55,360 nt of DNA from Gaiellaceae bacterium (GCA_036558065.1 DATBGG010000035.1:1-55360); one strand, 5' to 3'; positions 27,026 through 35,876 are shown, counted from the stretch's first letter. Made by a program: numbers and translations. The notes: generated from the sequence alone by a model not told the origin.

Positions 27026-28410
27026 GCGCGGCGCAGCCACCTCCCTGGAAGATCAAGGTCGTCGAGCCGATCGCGCTCGCCGGCCCGGAGGCGCGGCGCA
27101 CGGCCCTCGAACGAGCGGGCTTCAACACGTTCCTGCTGCGCTCGGAGGACGTCTTCGTCGACCTGCTGACGGACAGCGGCACGTCCGCGCTCTCGCAGGA
27201 GCAGCGAGCCGCGATGGAGCTCGGCGACGAGGCCTACGCGGGCTCGCGCAGCTTCTTCCGGCTCGAGCAGGCCGTGCGCGACGTCTACGGCTACCGGCAC
27301 ATCATCCCCACGCACCAGGGCCGCGGTGCGGAGCACCTGCTCGCGCGCATCCTCGTCGAGCCGGGCCAGATCGTGCCTTCCAACCTCTACTTCACGACGT
27401 CGCGGGAGCACGTCGAGCTCGCGGGCGGAATCTGGGTCGACGTCGCCGTGCCCGAGGCGACCGACCCGGGCGCGAACCTGCCCTTCAAGGGCAACATCGA
27501 CCTCGCAGCCCTCGACAAGGCCCTGCGATCGGCAGCCCCGGGCGGCGTTGCCTACGTACGCCAGGAGGCCTGCGTGAACATGGCCGGCGGGCAGCCGTTC
27601 TCGGTCAACAACCTGGCTGAGGTACACCGCTTGGCCCACGGCCACGGCGTGCCGCTGATCCTCGATGCGACCCGGATCTCGGAGAACGCGCTCTTCGTCA
27701 AGGACCGCGAGCGTGGCTGGGGCACCTGGCCGCTCCCGCAGATCATCGGAGCGATCGCAGAGCTCAGCGACGGCGCGATCTTCTCGTCGAAGAAGGATCA
27801 CTTCGTCCCGATCGGCGGGCTCCTCGCGCTGAACGACGACGAGCTGGCCGAGCGCGCGCGCGAGCTCGTGGTCGTCTATGAGGGCTTCCCGCACTACGGC
27901 GGCCTGGCGGGTCACGACATGGAGGCGCTCGCCCAGGGCATCCGCGAGTCGGCGGACGAGCCCATCGTGCGCCACTACGTCTCGCAGGCGGCCTACCTCG
28001 GCGGATTGCTCGAGGAGGCGGGCGTCCCGATCGTGATCCCGGTCGGCGCGCACGGCGTGTTCCTGGACGCGAAGGAGTTCCTGCCGCACATCCCGCAGGA
28101 GCAGTTCCCCGCGCAGGCGCTCGCGGCGGCGATCTACCTCGCCGGCGGCGTGCGCTCGATGGAGCGCGGGATCGTCTCCGGCCAGCACGGCTCCGAGCCG
28201 TACGACGGGCTCGAGCTCGTCCGGCTCACGATCCCCCGGCGCGTCTACACGCAGGAGCACCTCGCGTATGTGGCCGAGGTGATCACGAACCTCTACGAGC
28301 AGGCCGACCAGGTGCCCGGGCTGCGAATGACGTACGAGCCGGAGCACCTGCGCTTCTTCCAGGCCCGCTTCGAGCCGCTCGCGCCCGTCCTGGTTCCGGC
28401 TCACGCCTGA
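27022..28410 (+). CDS. tnaA: Tryptophanase-like beta-eliminating lyase (TnaA/TPL family)
   Basis: 462 aa, ATGA overlap with the previous stop. DLLTDSGT, IPTHQGRGAE and the PLP-lysine context SSKKDHFVPIGGLL are closer to remembered TnaA than to TPL. Confidence 0.85.
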   Translation: MSAAQPPPWKIKVVEPIALAGPEARRTALERAGFNTFLLRSEDVFVDLLTDSGTSALSQEQRAAMELGDEAYAGSRSFFRLEQAVRDVYGYRHIIPTHQGRGAEHLLARILVEPGQIVPSNLYFTTSREHVELAGGIWVDVAVPEATDPGANLPFKGNIDLAALDKALRSAAPGGVAYVRQEACVNMAGGQPFSVNNLAEVHRLAHGHGVPLILDATRISENALFVKDRERGWGTWPLPQIIGAIAELSDGAIFSSKKDHFVPIGGLLALNDDELAERARELVVVYEGFPHYGGLAGHDMEALAQGIRESADEPIVRHYVSQAAYLGGLLEEAGVPIVIPVGAHGVFLDAKEFLPHIPQEQFPAQALAAAIYLAGGVRSMERGIVSGQHGSEPYDGLELVRLTIPRRVYTQEHLAYVAEVITNLYEQADQVPGLRMTYEPEHLRFFQARFEPLAPVLVPAHA

Positions 28411-28411
28411 G

Positions 28412-29134
28412 ATGAACACGCGTGGACCTCGCACGGTTCGCCGCTTCGTGCTCGGTTCCGTCGCGGTCTCGCTCTCCGCGACCGCGCTGCTCGCGATCGT
28501 CATCCTCCTCTTCGGCAACTTCGGCGAGACCGAGAGTCGGATCCTCCAGACGACTGCGCTGCTGGCTTCCTTCGGCCTCGTTTCGCTGCCCGCCGGCATC
28601 CTGCTCGACCAGGCCCGGCTGACCGCGCTCGCTGCCGCGATCCTCGGGCTGGCGGCCACCGGCCTCGTGCTCAGCCTGTTCAGCGTGTGGTCGGGCGGCT
28701 CCTCGGCGGTGGTCGGGAAGACCGTCCTGACCGCGACGGTGTTCGCACTAGCCGCCTCGCAGACCGGCACGCTCGCGGCACGCAGGCGTGACGGGGACCC
28801 GACCTCCGTCCGCGTGCTCTTCGCGCTCTCCTGCGCAACCGCGCCTGCCCTCGCGACGCTGGCGGCGGTCGCGGCATGGGCTGAGATCGAGAGCTCGGCC
28901 TACTTCCGGGCGCTCGGAGCGCTGGCCGTGCTCGACGTGCTCGTCGTCCTCCTCCAGCCGTTGCTCGCTCTGAGGCGCCCCCGCGGCGACGTCTATCACC
29001 TGCGCCTCGCGCTCGAGCGCGGCGGGGAGCTCGACACCGACGTGGAGGCCGGCGACTTTGCAGCCGCGGCAGCCCGGGCGATCCGCGAGGCCGAGCGGAC
29101 CGGGCAGCGTGTGCGCCGGGTCGCCAGGGTCTAG
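28412..29134 (+). CDS. Hypothetical 6-TM membrane protein with a ~50-aa cytoplasmic tail
   Basis: 240 aa, starting 1 nt after the tnaA stop. Ala/Leu-rich TM segments. No family recognised. Confidence 0.6.
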   Translation: MNTRGPRTVRRFVLGSVAVSLSATALLAIVILLFGNFGETESRILQTTALLASFGLVSLPAGILLDQARLTALAAAILGLAATGLVLSLFSVWSGGSSAVVGKTVLTATVFALAASQTGTLAARRRDGDPTSVRVLFALSCATAPALATLAAVAAWAEIESSAYFRALGALAVLDVLVVLLQPLLALRRPRGDVYHLRLALERGGELDTDVEAGDFAAAAARAIREAERTGQRVRRVARV

Positions 29135-30333
29135 GCCCTGGTGACCAGGAGGCCGGCTTCCCGGCCAACCTTCTCGAACGCAGCGAGCGCGCGGTCGAGG
29201 TGCTCGGGCTCCAGCGCGGCGGACATCTGGACGCGGACTCGCGCTGCACCCTCCGGCACGACCGGGTAGCCGAACCCGGTCACGAACACGCCCTCCTCGA
29301 GCAGCCGGCGGCTGACCTCGATCGCGAAGGCCGTGTCGCCGACGATGATCGGGATGATCGCGGCCTCGCCCGGGAGCGGCTGGAAGCCGGCCTCCGCGAG
29401 TTGCGTCCGGAAGGTAGCGGTGCTCGCATGGAGCTTCTGGACGAGATCCGGCTGCGAGCGAAGCGTCCGCACCGCGGCGAGCGCGCCGCAGGCGACCGGA
29501 GGTGGGATCGCGTTCGAGAAGAGCTGTGGCCGGGAGCGCTGCGAGAGGAGATCGCACACGTCGCCGCTCGAGGCGACGAAGCCGCCCGCCGCTCCGCCGA
29601 GAGCCTTGCCGAGCGTGCTCGTGATCACGTCGATCTCCCCGAGCAGGCCGTAGTGCTCCGCGACGCCTCGCCCGGTGGCCCCCATGACGCCCGTACCGTG
29701 CGAGTCGTCGACGATCACGACCGCGTCGTGCTCCCGTGCCAGCTCGACGATCTCGGGCAGCCGGGCCAGGTCGCCCTCCATGCTGAAGACGCCGTCGGTG
29801 ACGACGATCTTCCGCTGCCCGGGGTCGCAGGAGCGCAGCGCCTCGCGCAGCTCATCCATGTCGGAGTGCGCGTAGACGACCTTGCGGGCCGGCTTCGCGA
29901 GCCGCATCGCGTCGACGATGCTCGCGTGGTTCAGCTCGTCCGAGATGAGGACGGTTCGCTCGTCGGTCAGGGTCGGGATCACGGCCTCGTTCGCGTTCCA
30001 GCACGAGGCATACGTCAGCGCCGCTTCCGTGCCGACAAGATCCGCGAGCTCGGCCTCGAGCTCGAGGTGCGGCTCGAACGTGCCGCAGATGAAGCGCACC
30101 GAGGCCGTGCCGGCCCCGTACCGGTCGAGTCCGTCCTTCGTCGCCTCGATCACGGCCGCATGAGCCGCGAGGCCGAGGTAGTTGTTCGACGAGAGGACGA
30201 TCACCTCGCCGCGCCCCTCCATCTCGACGACGGGCCCCTGCGACGAGCGGAGCGTCAAGAACGACTTGTACGTGTTCGCCTCGCGCAACGCGTCGAGCTC
30301 CGCGGAGACGTTCTCGCGCAAGCGCTCGTTCAC
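29131..30333 (-). CDS. kbl: Glycine C-acetyltransferase (2-amino-3-ketobutyrate CoA ligase)
   Basis: 400 aa from GTG 30333 (GTGA overlap with the tdh stop). SNNYLGL, DELNHASI and the STLGKALGG PLP-lysine motif. Confidence 0.9.
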   Translation of the reverse strand: MNERLRENVSAELDALREANTYKSFLTLRSSQGPVVEMEGRGEVIVLSSNNYLGLAAHAAVIEATKDGLDRYGAGTASVRFICGTFEPHLELEAELADLVGTEAALTYASCWNANEAVIPTLTDERTVLISDELNHASIVDAMRLAKPARKVVYAHSDMDELREALRSCDPGQRKIVVTDGVFSMEGDLARLPEIVELAREHDAVVIVDDSHGTGVMGATGRGVAEHYGLLGEIDVITSTLGKALGGAAGGFVASSGDVCDLLSQRSRPQLFSNAIPPPVACGALAAVRTLRSQPDLVQKLHASTATFRTQLAEAGFQPLPGEAAIIPIIVGDTAFAIEVSRRLLEEGVFVTGFGYPVVPEGAARVRVQMSAALEPEHLDRALAAFEKVGREAGLLVTRA

Positions 30334-31427
30334 GCGACGACCTGCTCCTCGACGATCGCGCTGTCGGCCGCCTCGGCCCCGTTCGGGAAGAGCACGACCT
30401 TGCACGCCTGGCCCGCGTCGAGCCGCTCGAGCCCGTGCTCGAAGGCCGAGAGCGGCAGGCGGTGGGTGATCAGCGGTCGCAGGTCGACGACACCGTGCTC
30501 GAGCAGCCAGCGCGTCTTGTACCAGGTGGCGAAGATCCGGCGGCCGCTGACCGCCGTCACGGTCAGGTTCTTGAAGATCAGCGACTCCGCGACGTCCACC
30601 TCCACGGGACGCGACGGAATCCCGAACAGGATCACGTGCCCCCCGTTGCGGACGATCCGGAACGCGTCTCCGATCGCGGCCGGGGCACCGGACATCTCGA
30701 ACACGACGTCGAGATGCTCGCCCTCGTTGCGGTCGAGGAACCAGGCCGGCGCATCGGTGATCTCGTGCACGTTCGCAACTTCGGTGGCGCCCATCTCGGT
30801 GGCAAGGCCGAGCCGGTACGAGACGACGTCCGAGGCGAGCAGCCGCCCGACTCCGGAAGCGCGGGCGATGGCGATGCTGAAGAGGCCGACCGGCCCGCAG
30901 CCGAGGATCCCGACCGTCTGGCCGGCGAGATCTGCGTGGCTCGTCGCGAAGACGGCGTTTCCGAACGGCTCCTGGAGCGTCGCGATCTCGGGCGGAAGCT
31001 TCGCACGGTCGTTGTGCCAGACCACCGACTCGGGAACGGCGACGTACTCTGCAAAGGCGCCGTCGCGATCGACTCCGAGGATCTGCGTGCGCTCGCACAT
31101 GTGCGCCTGCCCGGTGCGGCAGTGGAAGCACATGCCGCAGGTGACGTGGCTCTCGGCCGAGACGTAGTCGCCGGCCTCGACGTGGCGGACGTTGCGTCCG
31201 GTCTCGACCACGGTTCCGGCGAACTCGTGCCCGAGGGTGAGCGGCGGCCGGATCCGGTGCGAGGCCCAGTCGTCCCAGTGGAAGATGTGCAGGTCGGTGC
31301 CGCAGAGGCTCGCGGCCTCGACGCGGACGAGCACGTCCTCGTCCCCGACGTCCGGAACCGGGGCCTCGTCCAGAACGAGGCCGGGCTCGGGTCGAAGCTT
31401 CCGCACCGCCCACATCGTCTCGGCCAC
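30330..31427 (-). CDS. tdh: L-threonine 3-dehydrogenase (zinc ADH family)
   Basis: CGTDLH, GHEFAG and CGMCFHCRTG zinc motifs, plus GCGPVG. GTG 31427 lies 7 nt after GAGGAG. ATG 31415 is an alternative. Confidence 0.9.
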   Translation of the reverse strand: MAETMWAVRKLRPEPGLVLDEAPVPDVGDEDVLVRVEAASLCGTDLHIFHWDDWASHRIRPPLTLGHEFAGTVVETGRNVRHVEAGDYVSAESHVTCGMCFHCRTGQAHMCERTQILGVDRDGAFAEYVAVPESVVWHNDRAKLPPEIATLQEPFGNAVFATSHADLAGQTVGILGCGPVGLFSIAIARASGVGRLLASDVVSYRLGLATEMGATEVANVHEITDAPAWFLDRNEGEHLDVVFEMSGAPAAIGDAFRIVRNGGHVILFGIPSRPVEVDVAESLIFKNLTVTAVSGRRIFATWYKTRWLLEHGVVDLRPLITHRLPLSAFEHGLERLDAGQACKVVLFPNGAEAADSAIVEEQVVA

Positions 31428-31431
31428 GAGA

Positions 31432-32967
31432 CTACTCCTCGTCGAGCTGGACCACGTCGCTGAGCGGGCGGCGCGGCGTCGGCTTGACCGGCGGGCCGTA
31501 CCCCATGCGGAGCACGATCTGCGGAACTCCGATGCGAGCGAGCTCCGAGACCGGTGCGCGGAGCTCGGCGACTTCGATCGGCTGGTTCAGGAACGAGGCC
31601 GAGACGCCGTCCTGCGCGGCCCGCAGGAGCAGCCGTGCAAGCGCCTGGCCGGCGATCAGCCAGTCGCGAGGCTCGTCGCCAGGCGTGCCGAGGACGGCGA
31701 GAACAGGAGAACCGTCGGCGATCTTGCGGTCGTGCGCGGCCACGCCCCTTCCGACGTCGAAGGTGCGGACCACAAAAGGCGCGATGGGGTCGATCGGTTT
31801 TGGAATGTGGAGGCTCTCGATTGGCATCCCGTCCCGCGAGCGGCGCCGGGAGCGGTGCATCCAGGCGGCGAGCTCCCGGCGGAAGCTCCCGTCGGCGAAC
31901 TGCCGCTTGTCCGCCTCGGCGACGAGGTCGGCAAGCCGACGGCGGTCCTCGTCGTGCTCGAAGATCTTGACCTGCGCGCCCTCCTCCTCGACCGCCAGCC
32001 GCAACTCGGCGAGGAGCTCCTCGGGAACCGGGCGCGGCTCGAACGCGTTTCGATTCGTCTGGCGTGCCGAGATCGCCCAGAAGAGAAGCCGGTCGGCGCG
32101 AGCCGGCGGGCGCCGTTCTCCGAGCCGGACGCGGGCCAGCAGGTCGGGATCGCTTCCGTCGGGAAGGAGCTCGACCTCCGGCATGAGGCCGTGTTGGCGA
32201 ATCGCCGCCCTCAGCGTGAGGAGCGCTGCGCCGCAGCTCATCGTGAGCTCGCGGTCGTCCGGATCGACGACCGGCAGCGCGCGACTGCGGTCGGCCAGGA
32301 GCTCGACCGCATCGTCCCTGAGCCGGAAGCGCCAGGGCTGGCTGTTGTGGCTCGACGGCGCCAGCACCGCGTACTGAAGGAGATAGGCGAGCTTCTCGGC
32401 GGGAAGCCCGCGCCGTGGAAAATCCCGCGCCTCGAGATCGATGTCCGGGCGGACGTCGTGCACGGGCTCACCGAGCTCGTACCGAGCCATCGACTGGGCA
32501 ATCGAGGCAACCGAGCTCGACTCGTACTCGTACTCGAGCATCGGGAGGTAGACCTCCTCCTCTTTCCGGAAGTGGATCTCGAGCGTCGTGTAGATCCTGA
32601 ACAGGAGCTCCTGCACCGCCGGCACGTCGTCGAGCTCCGCGGCTTCGAGCGCCTCGACCTGTTCCTCCAGCAGGCGATGGTCGAACGCCATTCCCGCCAG
32701 CGAGAACGGATGTCGGAGCTGAAGCGCGATCTCGGGGTAGAGCCACGCCTCCTCGGCCTCGGCATGGAGCCGGAGCTCGCCGCGCAGGAAGCCGGCGAGC
32801 TCGGCCACGACGGCCTTGCGCTCCGCTGGCTCCAGCGAGGGCAGCTCGCGTGCGACTTCCGCGATGCGCCCGACCTTCGGCCACAGGCTCTCGTGCCTGC
32901 GGCGGAGGGGCTCTGTCAGCTGCTGCGCCATCGTCTTCAGGTTCTCCTCCGAAGCGGCGCGCGGCAT
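31432..32967 (-). CDS. Hemerythrin (HHE cation-binding) domain fused to an Acg-type double nitroreductase
   Basis: The N-terminal ~150 aa carries H, HxxxE, HxxxE and HxxxEE spacing (RRRHESL, LHAEAEE, DHRLLEE, IHFRKEEE). The C-terminal part has APSSHNSQPW and the nitroreductase fold twice. Start is ATG 32967 or 32931. Confidence 0.8.
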   Translation of the reverse strand: MPRAASEENLKTMAQQLTEPLRRRHESLWPKVGRIAEVARELPSLEPAERKAVVAELAGFLRGELRLHAEAEEAWLYPEIALQLRHPFSLAGMAFDHRLLEEQVEALEAAELDDVPAVQELLFRIYTTLEIHFRKEEEVYLPMLEYEYESSSVASIAQSMARYELGEPVHDVRPDIDLEARDFPRRGLPAEKLAYLLQYAVLAPSSHNSQPWRFRLRDDAVELLADRSRALPVVDPDDRELTMSCGAALLTLRAAIRQHGLMPEVELLPDGSDPDLLARVRLGERRPPARADRLLFWAISARQTNRNAFEPRPVPEELLAELRLAVEEEGAQVKIFEHDEDRRRLADLVAEADKRQFADGSFRRELAAWMHRSRRRSRDGMPIESLHIPKPIDPIAPFVVRTFDVGRGVAAHDRKIADGSPVLAVLGTPGDEPRDWLIAGQALARLLLRAAQDGVSASFLNQPIEVAELRAPVSELARIGVPQIVLRMGYGPPVKPTPRRPLSDVVQLDEE

Positions 32968-32985
32968 CCGTGACCACCCGCGTTC

Positions 32986-33014
32986 GAGTACGGGGTTTTC
33001 CGAACTCCGTACTT
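32986..33014. promoter_or_regulatory. Imperfect 12-bp-arm inverted repeat in the divergent intergenic region
   Basis: gagtacggggtt - ttccg - aactccgtactt. Arms pair with two G-T positions. Lies between starts 32967(-) and 33079(+). Confidence 0.35.
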
Positions 33015-33078
33015 GCCCGAAGAGTCGATCGGCGGCGCTTCGGATGCCGGTTCGCGCGCCACTCGCGACGATGGGCCC

Positions 33079-33984
33079 ATGAGACCCGCCGCGACGGTTC
33101 CCGCAGGACCGAAGCTCCTCGAACGCGCCGCTCCGAGCGCGATCGTCGCAATCGTGGGCGGGGCCCAGCAGACCAATCTCGACCTGGCCGAGGCCTGGTA
33201 CCGCCGGGGCGTTCCCGCCGCGCTCCTCTCGCCGCACGACGCGGGGGAGATGCTCGCTGCGGGTGACATCGCCGTCCTGCGGCTCGACGTCCTCCCCACC
33301 CTCGACGGAATCGAGGACGGCCTGGAGGAGCTCGCCGGCCTTCCCTGGCGCGGAGCCCGCGTCGTCAACCCGCCCTCGGCCCTCGTCGCCACGCACGACA
33401 AGCTTCGAACCGCCTGGTGCCTGACGGCGGCGCGCATCTCCCATCCCAAGACCGTGCATCTCCCACGCGCGGGCGCGCCGCTCGGGCTCCGGCCGCCCTT
33501 CGTCCTCAAGCCGCGTTTCGGGAGCTGGGGCGAGGACGTCTTCCGCTGCCTCGACAAGCGCGACGTCGACGCCGTGCTGAGCATCGTTCAGACCCGCCGC
33601 TGGTTCCGGAGGCACGGAGCCCTTCTCCAGGAGCTCGTCCCCTCGCAGGGGCGTGACTTCCGACTGATCGTCGCCGGCGGACGGATTGTCGGCGCGGTGC
33701 AGCGCGTCGCTCCGGAGGGCGAGTGGAGGACGAACGTCTCGCGAGGCGCGGCTCGATTGCCGCTGGAGCCGTCTCCGGAACTTTGCCGCCTCGCGCTTGC
33801 CGCCGCCGCTGCCGTCGACGGGGATTTCGTCGGCGTCGACGTGCTGCCGCTGGACGGCGGCTACACGGTGATCGAGGTCAACGGGGCGGTCGAGTTCGAC
33901 CGTATCTACGACCTCGCTGGGCGCGACGTGTACACGGAGCTCGTCGACGCTCTCGGCCTTCCGCGCACGCTGGTGAGGATCTGA
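33079..33984 (+). CDS. RimK-family ATP-grasp ligase
   Basis: 301 aa from ATG 33079. FVLKPRFGSWGEDV, DFRLIVAGGRIVGAVQR, EWRTNVSRGA and VGVDVLP...VIEVNG resemble RimK/LysX-type ligases. Confidence 0.8.
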   Translation: MRPAATVPAGPKLLERAAPSAIVAIVGGAQQTNLDLAEAWYRRGVPAALLSPHDAGEMLAAGDIAVLRLDVLPTLDGIEDGLEELAGLPWRGARVVNPPSALVATHDKLRTAWCLTAARISHPKTVHLPRAGAPLGLRPPFVLKPRFGSWGEDVFRCLDKRDVDAVLSIVQTRRWFRRHGALLQELVPSQGRDFRLIVAGGRIVGAVQRVAPEGEWRTNVSRGAARLPLEPSPELCRLALAAAAAVDGDFVGVDVLPLDGGYTVIEVNGAVEFDRIYDLAGRDVYTELVDALGLPRTLVRI

Positions 33985-34616
33985 TGCCGGCGACACAGGA
34001 GAGCCTCTTCCCGACGTCGTCCGAGTTCGAGACGGTGACGCGCGAGCTTGCGGTGGAGACGTTCTGGCAGCGAGTGTTCAGCGTCGCGCCGCTCGTGATC
34101 GTCGGCTCGAAGGACACCGACGGCACGTACGACCTCGCTCCGAAGCACATGGCGATGCCCCTCGGCTGGCGCGACGGGTACGGGTTCGTCTGCACCCCGC
34201 GCCACCGGACCTACCGGAACATCGAGCGGCACGGGGTCTTCACCGTCAGCTTCCCGCGCTCGTTCCAGATCGTCCAGGCCGCTCTCGCCGCCACCAGCAG
34301 GGAGCCCGACGGCACGAAGCCGGCGCTCGCCGCGCTCCCGACGTTCCTCGCCACGCGGGTCGACGGCGTGCTCGTCCACGGCTGCTACGCCTTCCTCGAA
34401 TGTGAGCTCGACCGCTTCGTCGAGATCGACGACGCCTCACTCGTGATCGGGCGCATCGTCGCCGCAGCGGCCGTCGAGGAAGCGATCCGCGACCCGGATC
34501 GTGACGACGCCGAGCTTCTCCGTCATGTCGCCCCGCTGGCCTACCTGAGCCCGTCGCGCTTCGCGACCGTCGACCACTCCCAGTCGTTCCCGTTTCCGTC
34601 CTCGTTCCGACGATGA
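33984..34616 (+). CDS. Flavin reductase-like (FMN-binding split-barrel) protein
   Basis: 210 aa, TGATG junction with the previous gene. VIVGSKDTDGTYDLAP...VFTVSF pattern. Confidence 0.7.
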   Translation: MPATQESLFPTSSEFETVTRELAVETFWQRVFSVAPLVIVGSKDTDGTYDLAPKHMAMPLGWRDGYGFVCTPRHRTYRNIERHGVFTVSFPRSFQIVQAALAATSREPDGTKPALAALPTFLATRVDGVLVHGCYAFLECELDRFVEIDDASLVIGRIVAAAAVEEAIRDPDRDDAELLRHVAPLAYLSPSRFATVDHSQSFPFPSSFRR

Positions 34617-35773
34617 CGGCGCCGGCGGCTGCGGCCCCGACCGTGCTCGCGTGGACGAGGGAGCGCGAGACGTCGATGGCCGGGCTGCTCTCGCGGCTGG
34701 TCGAGGCCGAATCGCCGTCGCTCGTCCCCGGCTCCGTTCAGGCAGCGCTCGAGCTGCTCGCCGCCGAGCTCGAGAGCGCGGGCCTGCGCACCCGGCTCGT
34801 CGGAGGCGAGGGAGCGGGACGTCACCTCCTGGCCCGCCCGCGCATCCGCGGCGAGCGCCGCGGCTACCAGCTGCTCCTCGGCCACGCCGACACCGTCTGG
34901 CCCGTGGGGACGTTGCGCGACATGCCGGCGCGCCGCGCCGACGGGAGTTTCTTCGGGCCCGGCTGTTACGACATGAAGGGCGGGCTCGTCCAGCTCGTCT
35001 TCGCCGTGGCCGCTCTCCACGACCTCGGGCTCGAGCCGAGGCTCGCTCCGGTCGTCTTCGTCAACTCGGACGAGGAGATCGGCAGCGTTCGTTCGGCCCG
35101 CTACATCAGGCGTCTCGCGAGAAGCGCGGCGCGCGCCTTCGTGCTCGAGCCGCCCGCAGGCCCGGCCGGGATGCTCAAGACCGGGCGCAAGGGAGTCGAG
35201 CGCTTCGAGATCGTCGTCAAGGGCCGGGCCGCGCACGCTGGGACGAGCCCCGAGGCGGGCGCGAGCGCCATCCTCGAGCTGTCGCGACAGGTGCAGGAGC
35301 TCTTTGCGCTGAGCGACCCGGAGCACGGCGTCACGGTCAACGTCGGCACGATCGACGGCGGCCTGCGAGCCAACGTCGTCGCGCCGGAAGCCTCTGCGCT
35401 GGTCGACGTCCGCGCGCCGAACGCTGCGGCCGCGACGGCTGTCGCACACGCGATCCGCTCGCTCCGGCCGATGGGCCCGGGAACCACGATCACGGTCCAA
35501 AGCGACGCGGGCCGCCCGCCGATGCCCGCCACGGATCGCAACCGGGCGCTCTTCCGGCGCGCGCAGCGGATCGCGCGCGAGCTGGGCCTCGACATCGACG
35601 AAGCTCCACAGGTCGGCGGAGCGTCGGACGCGAATCTCACGAGCGACCTGACGGCGACACTCGACGGGCTCGGCGCCGTCGGAGACGGTGCGCATTCCGC
35701 GGACGAGCACGTCATCGTCTCGGCGCTGCCGGTACGGGCTGCCCTCCTCGCCTTGCTCCTGCTGGACGACTGA
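34613..35773 (+). CDS. M20-family metallopeptidase (carboxypeptidase G2 / glutamate carboxypeptidase-like)
   Basis: 386 aa, ATGA overlap. GHADTVWP, YDMKGG, NSDEEIGS and GAHSADE motifs. Confidence 0.85.
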   Translation: MTAPAAAAPTVLAWTRERETSMAGLLSRLVEAESPSLVPGSVQAALELLAAELESAGLRTRLVGGEGAGRHLLARPRIRGERRGYQLLLGHADTVWPVGTLRDMPARRADGSFFGPGCYDMKGGLVQLVFAVAALHDLGLEPRLAPVVFVNSDEEIGSVRSARYIRRLARSAARAFVLEPPAGPAGMLKTGRKGVERFEIVVKGRAAHAGTSPEAGASAILELSRQVQELFALSDPEHGVTVNVGTIDGGLRANVVAPEASALVDVRAPNAAAATAVAHAIRSLRPMGPGTTITVQSDAGRPPMPATDRNRALFRRAQRIARELGLDIDEAPQVGGASDANLTSDLTATLDGLGAVGDGAHSADEHVIVSALPVRAALLALLLLDD

Positions 35774-35876
35774 GCGATCCGTAGTTTCCACGGCCGCCGA
35801 ATCGCGGTCGTCGCCGATGTCACAGGCGCTCTGGTCGGCCAACCTGCGGGGTGACCCAACCGAAAAGGGGTGACAC

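Noticed and set aside
29131-31413. Very long fused frames in the ORF track: 29131-31413, 31432-33996, 12311-14824 and 50922-53435.
   Set aside because: Only the 3' parts carry recognisable protein sequence (kbl, the hemerythrin-nitroreductase, the CBS-BON protein, the membrane protein). The 5' extensions run antisense through neighbouring genes. Internal starts with SD sites or overlap coupling fit better.
31432-31446. The C-terminal ...LDEE of the nitroreductase fusion as a RimK-like glutamylation target for the divergent ATP-grasp ligase.
   Set aside because: The two terminal Glu codons (GAGGAG) sit 7 nt before the tdh GTG and are most simply explained as its Shine-Dalgarno sequence. Nothing else supports a carrier role.
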